This document shows, piece after piece, positions 11,366-22,650 of a stretch of 64,000 nucleotides of DNA (its first letter is position 1; each line of letters starts with the position of its first letter). Location of the stretch: contig OY253690.1 of NCBI GenBank assembly GCA_958009085.1, forward strand, positions 186,001 to 250,000, read 5' to 3'. Made by a program: the position numbers and the translations under genes. The notes beneath the pieces were generated by a model that saw nothing but the letters and a program-made list of their open reading frames with translations, was not told where the DNA came from and searched no databases. The stretch comes from Protoeuglena noctilucae. Lineage: Eukaryota.

Positions 11366-14300
11366 TCAGCGGCTTGCGACGCGCTCCGTGGGGGAGGACG
11401 AGTCCGACGAGTCCGCATGCGCCATCCTCCACTCCTTGAACTTCATGTCCATCTGCGAAACCGTCACGAGTCCATCCTCAGCCGCTCCATGCGCCCTCAC
11501 CGCCCGCCGGCGCACACCACAGCTGCGGCCACTCACCTCCCACGTCTCCGCCGCCGTTATCCGCGGCGACGTGCCCTGCAGGTCCTGTGCAGCATCGACC
11601 ATCTCGCGGATGCCACGGATGACGCTCTGCGAGGGCGGGCAGGTGAACCAGTTGTCAACGACCCCGGCTGGGACGGGCTAAAACGTGGTCCCACCCACCC
11701 GCGGGCCTCCCGCACCTCTTGCCGAACGGTGACCATCTCCTCGACGAAATCCTGGAGCTTCTGGATGCTCACGTTGGGCATCACGACCACGTGCGCGATG
11801 TTGCCCTCGCAGGCCAGCTGCCACTTGCGCACAAAGGCCTCGCTGGCGGGCCGCTCAAACACCACTGCAGGGGCAAGGGCCAGGGTCCCTTCCCCGCGCT
11901 CAGCGGGCAACGGGCGGCGCAGGCCGGCCCCAGCGAGGCGCGGGAGCCCCCACCTGTGTTGGACAGCTCGTTGAGCATGACCCAGATCCCCGCCCGAGAG
12001 ATCATCTCCCTCAAGAAGTGGGCGTTGCGCATGCACACCTCCACGTCCTTCCGGAAGCCCTCGTAGCCCTTTTTGGTCAGGTTGTACCACAGGTAGATGG
12101 CCGCGTGGCCGTTGCGGCTCCCCATGATGGTCGCGTCGCGCGAGTTGAGGTACTCGACGTCGCTGGAGAGGGCCATGACGAGGCGCATGCGCGTCATGAC
12201 CACCCCGCACGGCACGGGCGCCCCGACGAACTTGTGCCCGGACACCGACACGGACCCGATGGGCTTCTTGAACGTCACCATCGGGGCGCTTTTGATGAAG
12301 GGCATCATCATGCCGAAGAGCGCCCCGTCGCAGTGGATGTAGAAGCGGTCCTGGGGCAGGCGAGGGCGCGGCGATGAGCGGACGCGCGTGCGCGACGCGA
12401 GCGTGGGTGCCCGGCCAACGCGCGCCGCCACCCGGCCCCCCCCGGCCCCACCTCGTTAAAGCCGACCCTCCTCAGGACGTCGATGACCGTGTCGAGGTTG
12501 TCGACCGCGCCCTTGACCGTCGTGCCGATGTTCACGTTGACAATGGCCGGGCGGTCGGCGTTCTCCCGCAGCGCCTGCTCGAACTTGTCGTAGTCCATCT
12601 CGCCGGACGGGAGCGTGGCCACCTCGACGGCGTCCATGCGGTACATGCGCGCCGCCTTCATCACCGAGTAGTGCGACTCCTGGGGGGCAGGGGCGGGAGG
12701 GGAGGGGCACGTCGCGGTCTCGATAGTGCCGATGCCGCGGGGGCGCCCGCGCCCTGGCGCGGTGCGGGGGGCGGGAATGTGCACAGCGTGAAAGCAGCGG
12801 CGAGGGAAGCGTCTCCCTCGCCCCCGGCGAGCTGCAGGTCTCTGTGGCAAGCGTCCGATATGAAAGCGCCCGCCCGGCACGGAGCACGACGGGCGGGTGA
12901 CTCTGGCTTGCGTGGCGTGGGGCGTAGCTGCAGCGGACGAGTCCCCATGGCCCTGCGGACCGCCTCGCCTTGGAGCAGTAGAGGATGCCGTCGGGGAGGT
13001 TCTCCCGGCCGACGAGGATGCCGTGCAGGTTGCCCTCGGTGCCGCAGTTGGTAATGTAGCCCCACATCTCGGCAGGTTCCAACTCCCACAGCCGCGCGAA
13101 CCAGTGGAGCACCCCGACCTCGAACTCCCGGGAGTGGACGCCTGCGTCAGCGGGGACGGGATCAGCTCGGAGGCAGCCCCGCCTGCCGGCCAGGCACAGG
13201 CGCCCTCACTGCGCCCTCACCGTAGTTGGACTCGATGAACGGGTCCCCGAGGTTGTTGATGGAGAACTTCTGGAGCGCCTCGAGGGGCCCGTAGTCAAAG
13301 TCGAGGTTGTAGGGGTACCCCAGGTGGTGCTTGGTGCGCTCCTCGAGCCGCTTGACGTAGTCCTGAATGACCGTGTCGATCTGGGGCGGGAGGCAAGGGG
13401 CGAGCGCTGCGGCCGACTGGCGGCGCGGCTCACGCGGATGCGAGCAGCTGCGCGTCAGCAAAAAGAGGAGCGCACCTTCTCCTGGTGCGTGCGCGGCTCG
13501 TCGTCGTTGGCGGGGATCACGTCCAGAGGCGCCGCGTAGTTCTGGGTAATCTTCCTGCCCACGGACACGGTGCCCGAGGTCGCATGGCTGCTCTGCGGAC
13601 ATGGACACGCGCGCGGGGAGTCCAGGGCCGGCCGCGGCTGCGGCTGCAGGGACCAGCAGCTGCCCCACCGCCGCACGCACGAGGGAGCGCCCGGTGATGG
13701 GGAGAGCTTGGTAGGCGGAGAAGGTCTGGGGCAGCTTTGGTTTCTGCGAGCGCGGAGAGCGGCGCGAGGGTCCGGCAGCGCCGCATCGACTCCCAAACGC
13801 CCGTGCCATGAGCAAGGCTGCGGGGCCGCTGGGAAAGCAGCAGCAGGAGAGGGGCGGGGCAGGTAGCCTGGCTCGAGACGAGCGCAGATACGATGTACAA
13901 AGCATCGGGAGAGCGCGGGCGAGCGCGGGCGGGGGGAATTACGTCGAGGCCCGCCCTCGGCCCGCGCTGCACGGGTAGGCCGCCACCGCGCGCATCCCAG
14001 GGCACCGCGGCACATCGCGGGGGCGGAAACGCGTAGACAATCGAACGAAGCATCCATGCGCGAGGCGGGGACGGAGGGATTCACGCGAGCCAGGCGCGGG
14101 AAGGAGGCCCTAGACAAGGCCAGGGGGGCCGCTGGACAGGTGCGCCGGAGGGGCTGCTCGCGGGTCCGCAGTGCGCACCGTCACCAATTTTGTAACTAGC
14201 GAGGAATCGTGGGCCAGGACCTGCTCTCGGTGGCCGCGCCGCCCGCGGGACAGCTCGTTAAATGCGCGCGCGGCCGCGCCGCTCGCCTGGGCCGAGAGGG

Positions 14301-14400
14301 CCAGCGCTGCCGCTTTAAGCTCGATGTCGGACTCGGGGCCGCCCCGCTCCACCGCCACCGGCAGGGGGATGGACACGGCAAGGCGGACGGGGTCGGCCAT
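11366..14400 (-). CDS. SDC1: Serine decarboxylase (group II PLP-dependent decarboxylase); 5' exons uncertain
   Basis: [71 protein letters not shown]-lysine motif SVSGHKFVG and [16 protein letters not shown]. The core at 11720-13385 is secure; the start at 14400 is a guess. Confidence 0.88.
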
Positions 14401-14697
14401 TGCAACAGGCTCTGCGCGTCTGCGAGCCGAGACGGCGCTCCCAAGCAAACGTCGAAGGCAGCTCCGAAAATCGCAGTTCAATTCCTAACGCGCTCGACGG
14501 GCAGCCTTGCGCCTGGTACGCAGAAAAGACGACCGATGTCAGGCGGGCGGCTTAGGCAGGAAGTCGCGTCGTAGCACGTGCAGTGTATGTAGCGCATGGG
14601 CGGTGTTCGGATGTGCAATCGACCGAGAGATGGCGTCAGTAAGGTGGGTGCCAGTGCCACTGGAATCAAGTGGGCGCCGGTGCGCGCGCGAGGTGTT

Positions 14698-16323
14698 TCA
14701 GGCCTCCTTAGGACGCCGGCCGCTGGACCGGTACGCCCGCTTCTGTCGGATGCTCCACACGAACTGCAGGCGCACCGCGTAGGCCCACACGACCTCGTTG
14801 ACCATGTTGGCCAGGACGACGGCAAAGATGTTGTCCTGCGGCGGGGGGTCGAACCAGGCGGTGTTCATCGTCCCTGCCGCTCTCGAAAAGCAGCGCCCAT
14901 TCGTTGGGACCTTGGGGACCTCTGCCACCAGCATGCAAATGCATGCCCGTGTCCCGCACTGGCCTGGGAGTTGTACATGAAGATGCAGGTGCCCGTCCAG
15001 ACGAGCGACAGTGCCACGGAGAGGGCCGGCAGTATCGAGTTCTTGGCCAGCTGCGGCGACGGGGCCGGAGCGATGGGTGCGACGGAGCGACGGGCGGCCT
15101 GGCAGCCTGCCGCTGCCCATTGCAAGGGGACCACGTGTTACCTTGGGGTCGATGCAGTCGATGGGGTAGACCATCTCGTTGAAGACGTAGTGCCTGACGT
15201 GAGACTCGACGAAGTTGAGGAACAGGAGGCCGGCGAGCAGCTGCAGCGCAGACGGGGCGCGTGGGTCCCCAACGGAGCCAGGGCAGTGGCAGGGCATGGG
15301 GACGAGGAAAGCGAGGACGGCAATTTCACCGCGCCGGGGCCCTCTCACCTCCAGAAACTCGTCCTCGCTGCGGAACATGCGCACGACCTTGGCGGGGATG
15401 TCGAAGATGGCCATCTGGATGAAGGCGCTGGCGGGCCCAGTGAGCAAGAAGCTCAGACCAAGTGCCGGCAAACTGCGGGCTTGTCGACGAGGCGGGTGGT
15501 TGGCGTAGCGCTTTAGGGGTGCACCGCGAGACACACCTGCCAACGTCCATGGCATGTCCCAGACGCTCCATGCGACGACACACAGGAACCGCGAGGATCG
15601 CTGTCGGTTATCCCATGCCATGGCACGTCACCTCACGCCCTTCTCGCGGTCCTTGGCGACGCTGCGCTCGCAGGTGCCAATGATCAGCGACAGCACGATG
15701 GCGACGGGGAGGGAGAAGCGGACCTGGCCCCACATGAGCTGGCGCACCATCACGTCTTCGCTAAAGGACGTGATGCTCATCTGCAGCCATGGGCCACCCC
15801 GCCTCTTGCAAACACCACCGCTTCAAGGGGGCGTGGGGCGGCCAGAGGAGGCGCGGGCACTCGCCTTCCAGAAGTAGCGGCGCACGTAAGCTGCGATGCC
15901 ACCGACGGCCCACCAGGCAGCCAAAGCCCCCCACGCGTAGGGTTGGGCAAAGCGCCTCTCGTTGACCTCCTCCGGAACAGCCCTCGACACCCTGCGGGCG
16001 CGGAGCGGGTCCACGCCCATGGGCGTGCCGCGCGAGATCGGTTGTCCTCGCTCGCGGCGGCGGACGTGCGCGCGCGATGCAGTGAATGGCGCGTAACGGA
16101 AGGACCGCACGGCGGGAATGTGCAGCGGTCCCCACCGCCGGATCTTGGTCATGTCCGTGCTGACGCGGTTTGGCGACGTGAACTCATCCTCCTCATCGTG
16201 TTCCTGTCCCAGAAGCGGACTTTCCTCCTGTCCCAGAACGTCGCGGCTGCTTTCCCGGCCCACCACTCCTCCCGAGCCCCCGGACGCCGCCCGAGCGACG
16301 TTCTCATGGGAAATCGACGGCAT
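14698..16323 (-). CDS. Multi-pass membrane protein of unknown function
   Basis: A hydrophilic N-terminus is followed by several hydrophobic segments across spliced exons (WGALAAWWAVGGIAAYV, FSLPVAIVLSLIIG, LGLSFLLTG, LLAGLLFLNFV, LSVALSLVWTGTCIF, IFAVVLANMV). Confidence 0.6.
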
Positions 16324-16752
16324 GTTAGTGCCGAAAAAGGCAGCACTTCGGTCAATATGCTATTGGGAGCAGCGAGCCCCGCTCCGCGTGGTGTGGGGGG
16401 CAACAGCGAGGCAATGTTGACCGGCCCGCGTGACTCCGCGACTCCGACACTCTCGGGCTCAGTAACACGGGCGCCTTGCTGGGTACACATTGGTCAGGCA
16501 CACGAGCTGAGGGGAGAGAATTGTCGCATGAACATTCATGGTGGACCTCCGACCTTGCCGCCAGAGCAAGCCAGGTTAGGGTTTGGGTTAGGCTGATGGA
16601 GCCGTAGGGGATTCGACGGCACGAGAATTGCTACTTGACTCTCGGTCGCGGGCTGCATGCATCTTGGCGGGTGACCGTTGAGCGACTCGCAGCGCCACGC
16701 TTTCAGCACATCTGTACACCCGCTGCAGCGCCCACGGCCCACAGGCCCCGAG

Positions 16753-18923
16753 ATGTGGCGGTCTGCGCCGCCTGCAAAGAGTCTTGGAGGGGATGACGCC
16801 AACGACAGCAGCTCCGGCGGCGAGGTGGACATGTGAGCTGCTTCCCCATCATCTGTCCCTTCCCGCATTCTGCTTAAACGGCCGCCGGGATCGACGCTTC
16901 CGCGCAGATCCTGGTCCTTGTGCGTGGGAATGACGGGACCCCTCCTCCGCGCCGGCGCAGCGACGACCCGGGCCAGGGCGTCGAAGTGCATACAGGCAGC
17001 GTTTTGAGCGCCGAGGAGCGGCAGAAACTCAAGCAGGTCTTCTACGATGCGGAGACGGTTTTTGACTCCGAGTTGCGCCCGCTCAGCGACACCATCCTGA
17101 GCTCCAGGTGCGGGCAGGCTCGCTGCCCAGGAGCGCAGTTCAGCACAGGTTTGTGAGAGTTTCCGTTTCCCTGAGCCCGCAGCATTGGCCCCAAGCTGGT
17201 TGGGACGCAATGGATTGTGCAGATACGGAAGAGTCGCCGTTTCCCTCAACCCGCAGCACTGGCCCCAAGCTGGTCGGGACGCGATGGATCGTGCAGATCG
17301 AGGACGGCGACGAGGCCATGGGGGTGGCGGTGTCCCGGGACGGCACCATCGTGGCGGCCGCGTGTCGCAACGGCACCGCGCGGCTCCTCGCCGCGGACGA
17401 TGGCCGGCCCTTGGGGTCCCTGCAGCTGGGCCCGCCCGGGTCAGGGAGCTCTCTCGGCGCATGCACCTGCTTGCGGTTCAGGCGAGATGCGATGCGACGG
17501 AGTGCCCCTGCCTGCTGTATGCCGTGTGCACGCGACCGCGGCACTCTGACCCCCGCTGTCTTCGCGCAGGCCTGAGCCTGACAACGCCCGCACGAGGAAC
17601 GTGCTCGCCGTCGGCAAGGGCCGCGGCGTCTACCGATGCCACGCCACGACAGGCCAGGAGCTCTTTGCGACGTTTGAAGGGGACAACGAGGTGCTGGGAT
17701 TGGACTACAGGCGAGGAATGGCCGGAGTAACGCAGGGCAGCTGGGGCGGCGCGAGCACATCGCAGGCGCACTCGTGGCGGCCCTTTGATAGGCGGTTATG
17801 CAGCTCTGGCATGGGCATGTGAGCGCACCCACCACAGCGGGGCAGATATTGACCCGAGTGGCGGCGCCCCGCAGCTCGAACGGCATGCGGCTGGCATCCG
17901 TGGGGAGTGACGCGTCGGTGCGGGTCTACGACGAGGGGGCGCGGGCCCTGGAGGTCACCTTCGAGGCGGCGTCCGTGGTACGTCGGGAGAGCAGGGGGCA
18001 ATTGCGGATGGGATGGTGCAGGCCGCGGCTTGTCCCTGCAGCGCCTCTGTCAAGTGGGTATCACCCGTTTGTGACATCTGTCCGCGGCGCTGAGCGCGAT
18101 CGACCCCTCGTTCGCCCCACGCAGTCGGGCATGGGGCACTCGAGCAACGTCTATGGCGCAGCGTGGGAGCGGGGGCCGGGCGACGCGGTGCTCGTGACGG
18201 CGGGTTGGGACAACTCGATTTGCATCTGGGACCGCCGGCAGCGTGCGCGGGTGGGGTCCATGTTTGGGGCGTACGTGTGCGGGGACGCGCTCGATCTCCG
18301 GGGGAACGAAGTGCTGTCGGGGTCGTGGCGGGACCAGTCGCCCTTGCAGCTGTGGGACGTCCGCATGCGACGCCTGCTGACCAACTACACCACCCTCGTG
18401 GTGAGGATGCCGGTCGTGCGGAGGCGTTGGGTGGCGGACGGCAGGTGCGGGAAACCCCTCGCTAAACGCATCCCCCCCGGTGATGGATGCAGGGCGTGGA
18501 CGAAGGAAGCATGCGCCTCTACGCAGCCAAGCTGAGCCCGGTCGGCCCTGGGAAGGGGCAGGACTCGGGTCTCATCGCGGCGGGGGGCACCGCTGTGCTC
18601 CCATGCGTGCGCACGCTGGTGAGTCATCGCCGAGTGTTCGGCCGCGTGGCGAGGGAGACGAGGATGGGGAATGACAGGAGGCGCCCGCTCTCACCGCAGA
18701 CCTACGACGGGCGTCCCATGCACAACATCGTAGTGCCCTCCGCGGTGCACGCGGTGTGCTTTGACGACGTCCCCGGGCCAGTCCAGCAGATTGCCATCGT
18801 GAGTGGCCTGGCCATGGTGCTAACATGTCGCGCGAGAAGGGACAGCCTACTTATGTTTTGTTGCTCCCCCCTTCGCAGGCATGTGCCGAACACATGTGCC
18901 TGGCCCAGGTGCCACGGCTGTGA
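16753..18923 (+). CDS. WD40-repeat protein
   Basis: AVSRDGTIVAAAC, LASVGSDASVRVYD, GHSSNVY...VTAGWDNSICIWD and LSGSWRDQSPLQLWD. Start uncertain; stop TGA at 18921-18923. Confidence 0.82.
17157..17304 (+). repeat. 74-bp tandem duplication spanning a splice acceptor
   Basis: ccgtttccctgagcccgcagcattggccccaagctggttgggacgcaatggattgtgcagat versus ccgtttccctcaacccgcagcactggccccaagctggtcgggacgcgatggatcgtgcagat. Confidence 0.9.
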
Positions 18924-19302
18924 AAGAGCAGGAGGCGTGTGTTTATGTGCTTGTTTGCGTTGCTGAGCTACTGAGTGACGGCCACCGCACTGCTCCAGAT
19001 GCGTTGGCTTTCGATGGCCTCGCAGGCTCCTGCCGTAGTGTTGAGCTTCTTCAATCACCTGGCCATGGCCAGATGCATCTGGCAGACAGCGCCGCGAACT
19101 TGTGTACCAGAGTGTCACTTGGCGGGTAGCACAGGAGTTATATCTACACGAGACTCCGCAAAGCCAGAGTGGGGGTCCTTTCCCTGCGTTCCGCGCCTCA
19201 GGTCGGCCCCTGCAGCCCAACAACATGTCCACGCAAGCCACGTGATGGGGTTCTCTTCAAAGGGTGGCTGCGCTTGGCAGCACTACGCCTACTTCCCTAC
19301 TT

Positions 19303-19356
19303 CTGGATAAAACTTAAAAACAAAAAAACTAAAAAAAAAAAAAACTGGATAAAAAA
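19303..19356 (+). repeat. A-rich tract flanked by the 10-bp direct repeat ctggataaaa
   Basis: ctggataaaa at 19303-19312 and 19345-19354 brackets an interrupted poly(A). Confidence 0.75.
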
Positions 19357-19373
19357 CTATACCCTACTGGCGA

Positions 19374-20687
19374 TACCCACAAGCCGACAAGCCTGCCTAT
19401 TAAACGCCCCCTCCCCCCCCCGACCGTGACCCTAACCCCCAAGCCGCCGCTCCTCCCCTGCCGCGAGCTGCTTGGCTGCGGCCTAATTTGCCGCCTGCTC
19501 CGTCAACCGGACGACACCTTGACGAGATCCCATCAGGCAGTCAATGCTCTTTGCCAACCTTGCAAGCTCCTTGCGGATTCTCTCCATCTCACGTGCAAGC
19601 TCCTCGCGGATACTTGCGACCTTATGTTGGACACCGTCCAATCGATGTTGGACACCGTCGAATCGATGATCGACTCTGGCAATGATAGCGGATGCAAAAG
19701 CCTGCAGCTCTGCGCCAAAAAACACAGCGTGCCGGCACCCAGCGGCGAGGATAGACCCGAGACGAGCAGCACCAGCAGCTCCACCAAGGCGAGCCGGGCC
19801 AACGCCTGCAGCCATGGCCTGCAGCTATGCCAGGCTTGGTCAGACATGGCCGGAGCCCGAGAACTCACCGGGACTTAAGGAAAGGCTGCCCCCCCCTTCC
19901 GCCTGCCCGCCCGCCTGCCCACCGGTGATCTCCGGGGCCGGCTCCCCACTCCCTGGGGATTCATCCGAAAGCTCGGCCGCCACACGTCGCAGCGCTTTAC
20001 TCCTACCCGAAACGTGCCTCCCTGGGAGAAGCGGCGGCGGCCTCTGCAGCAGACGCGGCGATAGCGCCCGGTCGAGGCCGCCCGCCGACGCTGATCAGCG
20101 GATAACAACACAGCTGTCGCGGTCTACGCGCCGCACCGGTGGGACTGCAGGTCGCTGGGAGCGGCGGGTCCCTCCAAGCACTCGGGCCGAAACCGAGGGT
20201 CCCAAGAGCTTTAACGCCCGCATGACCGCTTTCTAGGGACGCACCTAAGCTACGGCGATGCGTCTTGACAGAAATGCGCGCCCGGAACTCCATGCGTGGG
20301 CAGCCTGCCCTAGCATCTCTGCGGGCCAGCGGTTCGCGTTCGCAGGAGTCGACTTCCAGGTACTCCCCCGGTCGGGTACTGAGAAATGCATTCAGCAACC
20401 TAAGGGCGGTCGAACAGCGCGCAGGCACTGCTTGCGCGCGGGAGGGACTGGCACGAATGTTGGTGCAAGTTGCGCAGGGCACTGGGGGCGCCGGCGCAGC
20501 AGATGTTCCGCAGAGAGCAGGTACTGTTTTAGTCCAGACTCGTCTGCATGCATATAAGTAAGTGCACAGTGCCACAAAACGGTGGGTCTTTGCGGGAAAT
20601 ATTGCTGCGCGCTCCGGGTCACGCAGCCGGCAGCGCTGGGCAGCTCACGCCTCGCCGGGTACACATGTTTGCAGTGTGCGAGGTCCC
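19374..20687. repeat. Segmental duplication, copy 1 (direct repeat of 22651-24203)
   Basis: Shared blocks: tacccacaagccgacaagcctgcctat; cccagcggcgaggatagacccgagacgagc; taagtgcacagtgccacaaaacg; cacgcctcgccgggtacacatgtttgcagtgtgcgaggtccc. Confidence 0.92.
19483..20044 (-). CDS. Small spliced coiled-coil protein, paralog 1 (5' end unresolved; possibly truncated)
   Basis: Exon ...EITGGQAGGQAEGGGSLSLSP joins through a phase-1 GT-AG intron (19868-19710) to ELQAFASAIIARVDHRFDGVQHRLDGVQHK.... TAG stop occurs where paralog 2 has Gln. Confidence 0.5.
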
Positions 20688-21455
20688 TCATCCTCCGTGC
20701 CGCGTTAACGTTGCGTCCGCAGACAAGGGTGCCCCAAACGCTTTGTTCTGAGTATAACATACATTTGGCATTTGGTGAGGCGTCCTTGCATTCAAAACCA
20801 ATAGCGGAGCCACCGACCGACGAGCACTGGCCAGCTCACAAGGAGGGGTGCCCACCCCTCCCCAGAGCGGTTGCGGCGCCGGCGTTGGTCCTTCAAATGC
20901 CGCGCTGCCGTCGGCTGCCGGCACCATCAGCGCGGCCGCGTCCCGAGTCCTGCTGATGCGCCTCGCTGACTCACGCCCCCGCTACCCCTAGTCCTTCCCC
21001 CAAGGCGAGGCAGCCCTTCGCCCACACCTACCGCATGCGGCGGAGCCTGGCCGCAAACGCCCCGTCCACGCCGTGCACGTGCGGCAGCGTCTGCATCGTC
21101 ATGCCCCGCGCATCCAGCAAGGACGCGGGGACCGTGCCTCCCGGTCCGCGGGGACCCTCCAGCCTGGGTGCGCAGGGGTGGGCAGGGGGCGGTGCAACAG
21201 GGACAGCGTCGATGATGTCAGTGCAGTGGCTGTCGTGACATCCACTGTTCCATCGCCCTGCACCTGCCTGTGGCGGGTCCACAGCGGCTGCCGCTCGCAT
21301 GCTTGCGCACATGGCCGAGGCACTCTTGCTGCTGCGCCGGCCCTGGACTACCGCTTACCTGCGCGACACCTCTCCCCACTACCCACACGCGTCCTGCCAA
21401 GCGCAGCGTGGGACAGGCAATCGCCTCGGTCAGCCCCTCATGCAAAGCCGAGCCA

Positions 21456-21519
21456 GCAGCTGGCGTGCAGGACGGCAGCGCTCACTGCAGCTGGCGTTCA
21501 GGACGGCAGCACTCACTGC
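21456..21519 (+). repeat. 31-bp tandem repeat, two copies
   Basis: gcagctggcgtgcaggacggcagcgctcact / gcagctggcgttcaggacggcagcactcact. Confidence 0.85.
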
Positions 21520-22650
21520 CTGGGGGATGCACATGCTGCCCGGAACCACTCATGCGTGCAGGTCCACCTGGGTCACCATCCACCCCAGCCCCGCAAGTGT
21601 GGGACGCAGGGTTGCACGTCACTCCAGGCATGACGTGCAGCCGCACTCCAGCCGCGCCATGGGCCCAGACCCCGGCCATGCACGCCCCCTGCACCCCCAC
21701 AGTCCCATGGCCACGTGCCACTGCCTGCGAAGGAGGCGGGCAAGGCGGACAAGAGTGGGGCCCCAAGGCAAGGGGCTATGTATTGCCGCTCAGGTGAGGG
21801 CGGGCATGGCCGAGTGCGCTCGGCGAGTGCCCTCAGCCGGTGGCGAGCGGCGCCGTGCGTGATTGAGCAGGCGTGGGCGGCGGGCAGGTGGAACGCTCGG
21901 TCCAAGGCCGACATCCTGCGGGCAGCGAGGGATGAGGATGAGCGATTCAACAGTCAAGGGGTGCTATGACTCTCAGAGCCACGCCTTGCGGCAGTAGTGC
22001 CGTCCCCCGGGGCAGCTGACACCCCGGGGTTTCCATCGTTGCAGTGCATATGGCACGTGGCCGGCCCCCGCTCGGTTGCCCCGCCCTAAGGCAAAGGGGT
22101 CGCCCACCCCAGGTTCTTGCACCCCTAGCCCCCTCGCTGCGCCCTAAGGCAGAATCGCCGTCCTGGAGTGGGACGATGCAGCCACAAGGGCCCTCCGTGG
22201 AGACCCGGGCGTCTATTACAAAAGGTGAGGCCGAGGCTGATGGCGATCTGTGTAGCTTATGTGCGGCCAATCATGACATCCTCCGCTCCCTACCCTCCTC
22301 CCATCCTCCTCAGGCGGCCCGGCTGGCTCGCCCAGCGAGGGTGGCCATGGGGGTCGACTTGCGGCACTTGGGTGGCTGTAGTTAGACTTTTGACTTGCTG
22401 CCAGCATGGTAGCCTGGCAGGTCGCCGTGCACATTGCGGGAATTCCACGATGCGCTCGTGCGGCCGGGCCAGAGGCAGCCCGCCCGCGGTCGCACTTGCC
22501 TGTCGCGCACGAGCCTGCCAATTCATGCAGCTGCACTTCAAGCACTTGCGCCCCCCACGATGTAGCCAGACAAGTCAAGCGGGCTCAAGTCAGGCAAGCA
22601 TCTCATGACGTACGCCGACTTTTGGAGCTGAGTCCGTACCATGGTAGGGG

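Noticed and set aside
18912..18923. WD40 protein C-terminal PRL as a PTS1
   Set aside because: The terminal exon is only predicted, the upstream context is weak, and the match is plausibly chance.
21790..21969. WAAGRW resembling the C-terminus of a DIRS tyrosine recombinase
   Set aside because: No upstream R or HxxR motifs, no catalytic Tyr, and no RT/RNase H nearby.
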